Assembly (NCBI GenBank): GCA_019695115.1
Contig: JAIBAP010000017.1
Location: forward strand, 8,416 to 72,415
Direction of reading: 5' to 3'
From: Caldilineales bacterium
GTDB lineage: Bacteria > Chloroflexota > Anaerolineae > J102
DNA: 64,000 bases
The notes under the pieces were generated by a model, which searched no databases, had not been told where the DNA came from, and saw only the letters and a program-made list of their open reading frames with translations. Shown piece by piece: positions 46,376-54,553 of this stretch; the stretch's first letter is position 1; the number at the start of each line of letters is the position of its first letter. A program made the position numbers and the translations under genes.

Positions 46376-47829
46376 CCATGCCCTCGTTCGATTCGGCCCT
46401 GGCGGCCTTTCTCTCCGCTTTCCCGGCCTACGGCCGCACCCAGGTCGTGGACGACCTGCGGCAGCGGGAGTTCCGGCGGCTGGAGGCGGGCGACCATGTC
46501 TATCTGGACTACACCGGTGGCTGCCTCTATCCGGCCAGCCTGGTGCAGCAACACGCCGACCTCTTGCAGCGGCTGGTGCTGGGCAACCCGCACTCGCAAA
46601 ATCCGACCTCATTGGCTGCCACCCACCTGGTCGAGCAGGCCCGCGCCGATGTGCTGGCATTCTTCGGCGCCGACCCCGACGACTACGTGGTCATCTTCAC
46701 GGCCAATGCCAGCGGCGCCCTGAAACTGGTGGCCGAAAGCTATCCCTTTGCGCCCGGCGGCAGCTTCATCCTGGTGGCCGACAACCACAACTCGGTGCAT
46801 GGCATCCGCGAATTCGCCCGCGCCGGCGGCGCCGCCATCACCTACATCCCGCTCGACCCCATCAGCCTGCGCGCCCCCGACCCCGCCCCCTATCTGGAGA
46901 TGGCGCCGGCGACCGGCCCGCGGCTGTTTGCCTTCCCCGCCCAGTCCAACTTCTCCGGCGTCCAGCACCCGCTGGCATGGGTGGAACTGGCGCGGGCGCG
47001 CGGCTTCGACGTCCTCCTGGATGCAGCCGCCTTCGTCCCCACCAACCGCCTGGATCTGAGCCGGCTGCGCCCGGATTTCGTCCCCGTCTCCTTCTACAAG
47101 ATGTTCGGCTACCCCACCGGCGTCGGCGCCCTCATCGCCCGGCGCGCGGCCCTGGCCCGGTTGCGCCGGCCCTGGTTTGCGGGCGGCACCGTGCAGATGG
47201 TCTCGACCAAAGCCGACCTCCACATCCTGGCCGAGGGAGCGGCAGCCTTCGAGGAGGGGACGGTCAACTACCTGGGGCTGCCGGCCATCAGCAACGGGCT
47301 GCGCCTGCTCGACGAGATCGGCATCGAAACGATCCACGACCGGGTCATGGCCCTGGTGGGCTATCTGCTAACCGGGATGGCGGCCCTGCGCCACGGCAAC
47401 GGCGCCCCGCTGGTGCAGCTCTATGGCCCAGGCAACACCGAACAACGCGGGGGGACGATCGCCTTCAACCTGCGCGACCCTGGCGGCGTTCTCTTTGCCT
47501 ACCAGCAAGTCGAGGCCGAGGCCAACACCGCCGCCATCTCCATTCGCTCTGGCTGCTTCTGCAACCCCGGCGCCGGCGAATACAGCCTGACCTATTCGGC
47601 CGAGCAGATGCGCGGGTGTGTGGAGCAGGCGATGGCGGGCGGGGCCTTCGATCTGGCCCGTTTCCACGACTGTCTGGCTGGGCCAGAGGGCGGCAAGGCC
47701 ACCGGCGCCGTGCGGGCCTCGGTGGGATTGGCGAGCAATTTCGCCGATGGGCGCCGTTTTCTCGACTTCCTGGCCGGTTTCAGAGATCGCCGGGCCGAAG
47801 CGGTCGCCGACCGTCTGACCTGCGCCTGA
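46372..47829 (+). CDS. Class-V aminotransferase-fold PLP enzyme (molybdenum-cofactor-sulfurase / cysteine-desulfurase-like)
   Basis: NifS-like pattern (…HSQNP…, PLP-Lys region FYKMFGYPTGVG, C-terminal Cys in …GCFCNPGAGE). ATG 46372 overlaps the XdhC-N stop. Confidence 0.7.
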   Translation: MTMPSFDSALAAFLSAFPAYGRTQVVDDLRQREFRRLEAGDHVYLDYTGGCLYPASLVQQHADLLQRLVLGNPHSQNPTSLAATHLVEQARADVLAFFGADPDDYVVIFTANASGALKLVAESYPFAPGGSFILVADNHNSVHGIREFARAGGAAITYIPLDPISLRAPDPAPYLEMAPATGPRLFAFPAQSNFSGVQHPLAWVELARARGFDVLLDAAAFVPTNRLDLSRLRPDFVPVSFYKMFGYPTGVGALIARRAALARLRRPWFAGGTVQMVSTKADLHILAEGAAAFEEGTVNYLGLPAISNGLRLLDEIGIETIHDRVMALVGYLLTGMAALRHGNGAPLVQLYGPGNTEQRGGTIAFNLRDPGGVLFAYQQVEAEANTAAISIRSGCFCNPGAGEYSLTYSAEQMRGCVEQAMAGGAFDLARFHDCLAGPEGGKATGAVRASVGLASNFADGRRFLDFLAGFRDRRAEAVADRLTCA

Positions 47830-47833
47830 TGTG

Positions 47834-48841
47834 CTATCGCATCGCGGCCGCAGGTTCCGCCGCCATCTGCACGATGGTGAGCGAGCCGAGGCCGTGGTCG
47901 ATCTTCAGGTCAAGGTGGTTCGGGGCCGTGGCGGCGTCGGGGGTGACGTAGACATTGCCCTGCTGGTTGAAGGCCCCGCGCACCTGGCGACTGCCCAAGC
48001 CGGAGTCGATCTGAATCCGGGCGCCGACGCCAGCCGGGATGAAGACCGTCTTGTCGCCGATGCCGCCCTCGATTTCGGCCTGCAATTGGCCTTGAGCGGG
48101 CAGTGTCAGGGTCAGGGCGCCGATGCCGCCGTCCACCTCCAGCCGCGTGAGGTTGAGCGAGCGCAGGTCGAGGGTGCGGTCGCCCAGGCCGCCGTCGATA
48201 TCCAGGCGCATGGGCAGGGCCGGGTTGAGGTTGAGATGCCAGTGGCGCTCGCCCAGCCAACCGCCAGTGAAGAAATAGTGCCAGGGGATCGATTGCTCGA
48301 TCTTGACGCGCGCCTCGCTCCTGTGCAGGCGAACGCTCTGCTTCAGGCTTTCGTCTGGCCCCATCTGGGCCGAGCCTGAGGCCAGGGCGCCGTCAGACTG
48401 GCCGGCCTGCAGGCGCATACGGCCAATCCCCATCGCCAACTTGACGCGGGCGCTGGCCGCGCCTTCGGGCGCTAGAAGGATCTCTTCGCTGTGGGTCTCT
48501 TGGCGGCGGAGGCGCGAGAGCACCAACACATCCAGCCCGACGGCCACCAGGAGCAGCGGCCAGAGCCGGCCAAGCGTCTCCCACATCTCCCATTCGACCA
48601 GACCGAGATTGTCGATCAGGAAGCCGGCGGCAAAGGCGATGAGGGCGAGGGGGAAGAACAGGCTGCCGCCACCCAGCAGCATACTGACGGCTGCCGCCAT
48701 CACCAGCAGCGGCCACAGCCCAAAAATGAAGTCCCAGAGCGTGGCGTCGATGACGCCCAGGTTATAGAACAGGAGCAGGAGGCCCAGGATGATGAGCATG
48801 AGCGGGCCGATGAGCTTGCTGAGACGTTGACGAGTTGGCAT
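47834..48841 (-). CDS. Membrane protein with LiaF-like / toastrack (DUF2154/DUF4097-like) C-terminal domain
   Basis: ATG at rc 48839-48841 (MPTRQRLSKL). Four TM helices. C-terminal beta repeats …DIDGGLGDRTLDL…VDGGIGALTLTL…IEGGIGDKTVFI…. Confidence 0.6.
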   Translation of the reverse strand: MPTRQRLSKLIGPLMLIILGLLLLFYNLGVIDATLWDFIFGLWPLLVMAAAVSMLLGGGSLFFPLALIAFAAGFLIDNLGLVEWEMWETLGRLWPLLLVAVGLDVLVLSRLRRQETHSEEILLAPEGAASARVKLAMGIGRMRLQAGQSDGALASGSAQMGPDESLKQSVRLHRSEARVKIEQSIPWHYFFTGGWLGERHWHLNLNPALPMRLDIDGGLGDRTLDLRSLNLTRLEVDGGIGALTLTLPAQGQLQAEIEGGIGDKTVFIPAGVGARIQIDSGLGSRQVRGAFNQQGNVYVTPDAATAPNHLDLKIDHGLGSLTIVQMAAEPAAAMR

Positions 48842-48893
48842 GGGGGTCTCCTGGAGCGGTGCGACGCACGCCGTGCGTCGCACCTGTGCTGGG

Positions 48894-49811
48894 TCAGCTA
48901 CCGCGGTAGGATTCGATGACGATGCTGCCGATGCCGATATCGACTTCGATATCGACGCGATTCTCGGCCGTCTCGAAGCCGGGCGTGAGATAGACACTGC
49001 CCTGGCGCTGGAATTCGCTGGCCACATCCATGTTGCCGATGCCGCTGTCGGCCTGGATACGGGCGGCCATCCCTTCGGGGATGCGAAGTACGAGCTTACC
49101 GATGCCGCCATCCACTTTGGCGTGGAACCGGCCCTGTTCGGGCAGCAGGAGAACGGCGTCGCCCACACCGATGTGGAAGGCCAGCCGGCTGAGTTCGAGC
49201 CGGTTCAGATCGACATTCGCCTCGCCCACGCCAACACTCAGATCGAGATCGAGCGTTGCTTCCTGGCTCAGGTCCAGATCCCACTGTTCGGCGTTGTTGC
49301 GGCTGAGATTGGGGGTCAGGGTCACGTTCGGTCCGGCGATCAGCAGACGGTAGGTCGCCTGGCTGCCGGAGGTGGTGAAGGACTCATCCAACCTCTGGTT
49401 GGGACGCAGGCTGACGCCGCCCTCGATCAGTTTGCCATCTCCGGCTGCCGGGCCAAGTCGAAAATCGCCTGCCCCGGCCCGGATCTTGATCTCCGCCCGG
49501 TCGATGCCGGTCAGGACTTGGCTGATCGTGTGGCTGGTGGCGGCCCCAGAGGGAGCGGTCTGCTGCACCAGGTACCAGCCGCCGCCGAAGAGCAGGGCCA
49601 GCACGAGGACGGCCACGAGCAGCGAGCCGATCATCGACCGGCGCCCGATCAGGAGATCGAGGCCGAGGCCGATGAGGATGATGGGCCAGAGGCTGAGCAG
49701 GCTGCGCCAGATGCTCCAGTCCACCACCCCCAGGTTGTTGAGCAGAAAAAGCAGGCCGGCGCTGATGAGAAGGAGGGGGCCGAAAAGCCCGCCGCGTCGT
49801 TCGTTTTTCAT
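48894..49811 (-). CDS. Second LiaF-like / toastrack membrane protein
   Basis: ATG at rc 49811 with RBS AGGAGTG. TM helices plus …KVDGGIGKLVLRI…ADSGIGNMDV… repeats. Confidence 0.6.
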   Translation of the reverse strand: MKNERRGGLFGPLLLISAGLLFLLNNLGVVDWSIWRSLLSLWPIILIGLGLDLLIGRRSMIGSLLVAVLVLALLFGGGWYLVQQTAPSGAATSHTISQVLTGIDRAEIKIRAGAGDFRLGPAAGDGKLIEGGVSLRPNQRLDESFTTSGSQATYRLLIAGPNVTLTPNLSRNNAEQWDLDLSQEATLDLDLSVGVGEANVDLNRLELSRLAFHIGVGDAVLLLPEQGRFHAKVDGGIGKLVLRIPEGMAARIQADSGIGNMDVASEFQRQGSVYLTPGFETAENRVDIEVDIGIGSIVIESYRGS

Positions 49812-49818
49812 CGTCGTA

Positions 49819-50274
49819 TCACTCCTGTCGAATGTAACGCCAGAGTAGCAGCCCGCCGCCAGCGATGAGCAGCAGCGGCCAGAGGAAGTCGCCATCGAAC
49901 CAGTCGAAGAGGCCCAGGCCCAGGTTGCGCAGCAAGAGGAAAGCGCCGGCGACGATGATGATGGCGCCGAAGAGCACGGCATTGCGCGTGCGTTCGGCCT
50001 CTGGCAGCATCGAACCGGCGTCGCCCGACCCTGGTTCTGACCCCGGCTGCTGGTCCGAAACGGCCAGGCTGGTGGGGGCGGCCACCTGGTTGGGATTCTC
50101 GGGGACGATGATGAGCATGAGGATGTAGATGAGGATGCCGGCGCCGCCTGCCAGGGTGAAGGCGAGGAAGGCGAGGCGAATCCAGGTCGGGTCCAGGCCC
50201 AGATATTCGCCCAGCCCGCCGCAGACGCCGCTTACCATGCGATTGGTGCGGCTACGATAGAGACGGTGTTCCAT
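49819..50274 (-). CDS. pspC: PspC-domain protein (phage-shock protein C family)
   Basis: RMVSGVCGGLGEYLGLDPTWIRLAFL is the PspC domain signature, followed by TM helices. Confidence 0.85.
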   Translation of the reverse strand: MEHRLYRSRTNRMVSGVCGGLGEYLGLDPTWIRLAFLAFTLAGGAGILIYILMLIIVPENPNQVAAPTSLAVSDQQPGSEPGSGDAGSMLPEAERTRNAVLFGAIIIVAGAFLLLRNLGLGLFDWFDGDFLWPLLLIAGGGLLLWRYIRQE

Positions 50275-50296
50275 GGGGAGTGCTCCTGAAATGGGG

Positions 50297-50461
50297 GGTG
50301 CGTGGTGCGTGGTGCGTGGTGCGGCAACCGCACTTGCGGAGAAAGAGGAAAGATTACCAGGCCTTTGTGTTTTCTTTGTGCTCTTTGTGTCTTTGTGTTA
50401 AGTACGATTGCAGTGCTATTGCATATTGCCGCACGGTATGTTTGGCAATATGCAATAGCAC
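50297..50461. repeat. Intergenic heptamer arrays (GGTGCGT x4, CTTTGTG x5) plus 18-bp perfect inverted repeat
   Basis: ggtgcgtggtgcgtggtgcgtggtgcgg. ctttgtgttttctttgtgctctttgtgtctttgtg. IR GTGCTATTGCATATTGCC-13nt-GGCAATATGCAATAGCAC at 50413-50461, AT-rich. Confidence 0.65.
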
Positions 50462-51106
50462 TCATTTCGATAGCGCATTGCGAAGCAGCAAGAATCCTCC
50501 GCCAACGATGAGGGCGATGGGGAAGACGAGGCTGAGCCATTGGGCGGAGCCGGCGGAGAGGAAGACGGCGAGGATGAGCATCACCCCGGCCGGGATGTAG
50601 GCCCAGTTCATCTTCCCGCGCGGCTGGCCCAACAAGGCCACCAGGACGAAAGTCACGGCCATGCCGAAGAACATGACGCCGACCATGTTCTCATCACCCA
50701 TGATCGGTTCCATGATCAGCATGGCGCCGATGGACCACAGCACGCCGCCGGGGATGATCGCCCACCATTGCTCGCGGCGCACCAAGTAGACGACCCAGAA
50801 GCCGAGACCGATCGAGCCGAGGAAAAGGGGGCCGCCGAAGCGACCGGCTAGGTTGTCGTTGACCACGCTCAGCCCGATCAACGCCCCCAGGCCCAGCAGC
50901 GCGCAGCCGGGGATGAGCGCCCACCACTGCTCGCTGTTGCGCACGAACACGACCAGGAAGGCGACGCCGCCCGCCAGGAAGGCCAGCGCCCAGAACCCGC
51001 CCCACAGGGCGCCGAGGTCGATGAGGCCGAAGTTTTGGAGCAGGAAGAAGATCCCTGCCAGGATGAGGAGGGCGCCCCACAGCAGCGGGGCATTGGTGCG
51101 TTTCAT
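50462..51106 (-). CDS. Integral membrane protein with threefold internal repeat (WW…IPG motifs)
   Basis: Start ATG at rc about 51106 (MKRTNAPLLW). Repeated segments …EQWWALIPG… and …EQWWAIIPG…. Confidence 0.5.
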   Translation of the reverse strand: MKRTNAPLLWGALLILAGIFFLLQNFGLIDLGALWGGFWALAFLAGGVAFLVVFVRNSEQWWALIPGCALLGLGALIGLSVVNDNLAGRFGGPLFLGSIGLGFWVVYLVRREQWWAIIPGGVLWSIGAMLIMEPIMGDENMVGVMFFGMAVTFVLVALLGQPRGKMNWAYIPAGVMLILAVFLSAGSAQWLSLVFPIALIVGGGFLLLRNALSK

Positions 51107-51630
51107 GATCGAAGCTCCTTGTGGACAAAAACAGAGCCAGGGTCGCCTGGCGCGTTCAACAACGCTAACAATCTGTAGCATAGAGCAATCAGGTCACGTC
51201 TGCCAGTGCCGGAAGTCATATCTGGGCCATGTGCGCGTGCTTACCGTGACACTGTACGCAGCAAATCGCAGCCGTGTTTCGCGCCGCAAAGCCTGTTCGC
51301 TGCCAACGCTGCCGACAGGAACGGCGGCGGCGCCAACGACCCCGACCTCGCCTGCGACCAGGCTCCAAACGACAGCTTCACTCCCTCCACCCCCCTTTTC
51401 CCGCCCCCCTTCCGCCCATTTGCGCCTGGGCGATGGCTGCGCGTATCATCCCCGCACCACACAATCACACAGCAGGTGCAACGGCTGAGCGCAGGACGTG
51501 GTGCGCAGATCGGCGGTAGCAAGCCGATGCGGTGGGGTTTCGCTGATGACGAAGTGGCTGGGTGCGTATCGCTGCCTGGCCTGGAGCCGGAGCAACCTGC
51601 CCCGATGCAGGACAAAACAGGAGGTCTACG

Positions 51631-54462
51631 ATGAGCCTTTGGCGAGGCAGTATCGACGACGACAGCCTGACTGCGGCCTGGCAGGAACTGGCCGAGCAGG
51701 CGGCGCAGCAAGCAGCACAGAACAAACCCTGGCTGCTAAAGCTGCTGGCAAATCAAGGCGCGGCCCTGGCCGCGCGCTACGCCCTTTGGAAAGACCGGCT
51801 GCGGCGGTTGCGACAGGGCGAACGCAGACGCTTGCAGCGCCAACTCGGCGTTGGCCTGGCCGGGGCGGCGCTGCTGCTGGCGCTCAGCGGCGCGCCCACG
51901 GCCCGCGCCGGCGGGCCGATCGTGGCCGATGGCGCCACCTGCACCCTGGCCGAGGCCATCGTTTCGGCCAATACCGACGCCGCCTATGGCGGCTGCACCA
52001 CCGGCTACGCCGGGGCCGACACCATCGACCTGCAAGCGGATGTGACCCTGACGGCGGCGAACAACTCGACCTATGGCCCCACCGGGCTGCCGGTGATCAC
52101 GACGCCGATCACGATCGCGGGCAACGGCCACAGCATCAGCCGCAGCAGCATCTCGGACTTCCGCATCCTGGCGGTGGGGAGCGGGGGCGACCTGACCCTG
52201 AACAGCGCCACAGTGAGCAGCGGGGTAGCCATGGGCAGTCTACCTGATGGAGGGGGCGGCGGCATCTTTGTCACGGCCGGGCTGCTGACGCTGACGAACA
52301 GCACCCTCTCCGGCAACTCGGCCGTCGTCGGCGGCGGCATCTTTGCCCGCGATGCCACGGTGGCGGTCTCGAACAGCACCCTCTCCGGCAACTCGGCCGG
52401 CTTCGGTGGTGGCATCTATGCCGAGTCCGCCACGGTGACGGTCTCGAACAGCACCCTCTCCGGCAACTCGGCCAGCTTGGGCGGCGGCGGCATCTTTGCC
52501 ATCTACGCCACGGTGGCGGTCTCGAACAGCCCCCTCTCCGGCAACTCGGCCGGCGACGGCGGCGGCGGCATCCTTGCCCGCTACGCCACGGTGACGGTCG
52601 CGAACAGCACCCTCTCCGGCAACTCGGCCGGCTGGGGCGGCGGCATCTTTGCCTACTTCGGCACGGCGACGATTGCCAACAGCACCCTCTCCGGCAACTC
52701 GGTCACCTACCTCGGCGGTGGCGTCTATGCCCGCTCCGCCACGGTGGCGGTCTCGAACAGCACCCTCTCCGGCAACTCGGCCAGTGACGGCGGCGGCATC
52801 TATGCCGGCTACGCCACGGTGACAGTCTCGAACAGCACCCTCTCCGGCAACTCGGCCAGCGCTGGCGGCGGCATCTATGCCCGGTACTCCACGGTGATGG
52901 CGCAGAACAGCATTTTCTCTGGCAACTCGGCCAAGTGGGGCGGCGGCATCTATGTCCAGAACAGCACGGCGACGGTTGCGAACAGCACCCTCTCCGGCAA
53001 CTCGGTCACCTACCTCGGCGGCGGCATCTATGCCCGCTCCGCCACGGTGACGGTCTCGAACAGCACCCTCTCCGGCAACTCGGCCAGCGATGGCGGCGGC
53101 ATCTATGCCTACACCGCCACGGTGACGGTATCACGCAGCCTGGTCAGCGGCAACACGGCCGCTTCGTCAGGCAATGAAATATACGCAACTAGCGTCGCGC
53201 TCGCCTCTAGCTACAACCTCTTCGGGCATGACGGCGAGACCAATGCCCAGGCCTTTACCAATTTCATCCCCTCCGGCACGGACATCACCGCCACCTCGGA
53301 TGGAACCACCCCCACCGCCCTGGCCGCCATCCTGACCACGCCCCTGGCCGACAACGACAGCACCATTCTCGCCGGCGCCCCGCCGGGCGCGGTCGTCCAG
53401 ACGCTCGCCCTCCCCGCCGGCAGCCCCGCCATCGACGCTGCGCCCTCCGCCGACTGTGTCGCTCCCATCTTCGACTTCGACCAGCGCGGCAAGACCCGCA
53501 ACGTCGATGGCAACGCCAGCGCTTCTGCCAACGAGTGCGACATCGGCGCTTTCGAACTGCAAACCGAAGTCGTCCCCCGCATCATCGTCCACAAGCAAAC
53601 GCTGCCCAACTACGACCCCACCGAGTTCCAGTTCAAGCTGCGGGGGCCGGTGGGCCGCGACTTCAGCCTGGCCGACGACGAACCGCACAGCACCGGCCAG
53701 ATTCCCGCCGGCATCTACACCCTGGAAGAGATCATGCCGTCTGGTTGGGACCCCGCCATCCCTCTCGACCAGATGACCTGCGACGATGGCAGTCCGCTTT
53801 CGGCCATCGACCTGGGGTCAGATGAGACGCTGGTGTGCCGCTTCCTCAACTACAAGCGGGGGAACATCATCGTCAAGAAGGCGACGATCCCGCCCGTCGC
53901 CGCCCCCAGCTTCGCCATGCGGCTGATCGACAACACCAGCCTGGCCAAGACCCAGTTCTCGCTGGCCAACGGCGGGCAGTTCGACACCGGCGCCATCACT
54001 TCTGTCCCCACCTACAAGCTGTTGGAGCCGGCGGCGACGCTGCCGGGCGGGTGGAAGAAGAAGAGCATCGCCTGCGACAACGGCTCGCCGGCCACGACCA
54101 TCGTCGTGCCGCCGGGCGGAACCGTGACCTGCACGGTGACGAACGAGAACAGTGCGCCGACGAACATCCTGCTGTCGAACGTCTGGGTGGCGGAGAACAA
54201 GCCTGTGGGGACGGTGGTGGGGACGCTGACTGCCAGCGATGCGATTGCCGGCGACACGCACACCTTCGCTTTCGTCGATGATGGCACGTCAGGGGCGAGC
54301 GGGAATGGCAGCTTCAAGATCGTGGGCAATCAGTTGCAGACGAATGCGGTCTTCGACTACGAGACGAAGACGAGCTACAACATCAAGCTGAAGGCGACAG
54401 ACACGGCGGGGCAGAGCAAGGTGAAGAACTTCGTGATCAAGGTGTTGGATAAGCCGGGGTAA
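51631..54462 (+). CDS. Secreted surface protein: Pmp-like parallel beta-helix repeats plus DUF11/CARDB-like domains plus C-terminal cadherin-like domain
   Basis: RBS AGGAGG plus ATG 51631. About 12 tandem NSTLSGNSA…GGGI(Y/F)A units. C-terminal …VAENKPVGTVVGTLTASD…FDYETKTSYNIKLKATD… cadherin motif. Confidence 0.7.
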   Translation: MSLWRGSIDDDSLTAAWQELAEQAAQQAAQNKPWLLKLLANQGAALAARYALWKDRLRRLRQGERRRLQRQLGVGLAGAALLLALSGAPTARAGGPIVADGATCTLAEAIVSANTDAAYGGCTTGYAGADTIDLQADVTLTAANNSTYGPTGLPVITTPITIAGNGHSISRSSISDFRILAVGSGGDLTLNSATVSSGVAMGSLPDGGGGGIFVTAGLLTLTNSTLSGNSAVVGGGIFARDATVAVSNSTLSGNSAGFGGGIYAESATVTVSNSTLSGNSASLGGGGIFAIYATVAVSNSPLSGNSAGDGGGGILARYATVTVANSTLSGNSAGWGGGIFAYFGTATIANSTLSGNSVTYLGGGVYARSATVAVSNSTLSGNSASDGGGIYAGYATVTVSNSTLSGNSASAGGGIYARYSTVMAQNSIFSGNSAKWGGGIYVQNSTATVANSTLSGNSVTYLGGGIYARSATVTVSNSTLSGNSASDGGGIYAYTATVTVSRSLVSGNTAASSGNEIYATSVALASSYNLFGHDGETNAQAFTNFIPSGTDITATSDGTTPTALAAILTTPLADNDSTILAGAPPGAVVQTLALPAGSPAIDAAPSADCVAPIFDFDQRGKTRNVDGNASASANECDIGAFELQTEVVPRIIVHKQTLPNYDPTEFQFKLRGPVGRDFSLADDEPHSTGQIPAGIYTLEEIMPSGWDPAIPLDQMTCDDGSPLSAIDLGSDETLVCRFLNYKRGNIIVKKATIPPVAAPSFAMRLIDNTSLAKTQFSLANGGQFDTGAITSVPTYKLLEPAATLPGGWKKKSIACDNGSPATTIVVPPGGTVTCTVTNENSAPTNILLSNVWVAENKPVGTVVGTLTASDAIAGDTHTFAFVDDGTSGASGNGSFKIVGNQLQTNAVFDYETKTSYNIKLKATDTAGQSKVKNFVIKVLDKPG

Positions 54463-54475
54463 GGGGGGGAGGGGG

Positions 54476-54546
54476 AAGTAGGGAGTAGGAAGTAGGGAGG
54501 ACGCCCTCCTTACTCCCTACTCCCTACTCCTTACTCCTTACTCCCC
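54476..54546. repeat. Palindromic GTAGGGA heptamer array
   Basis: gaagtagggagtaggaagtagggaggacgccctccttactccctactccctactccttactcc. Confidence 0.7.
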
Positions 54547-54553
54547 CGATCCC

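Noticed and set aside
52200-53150. ~60-bp tandem DNA repeats
   Set aside because: They lie inside the 51631..54462 CDS and simply encode the beta-helix repeat units. They are not an independent element, though they may drive length variation.
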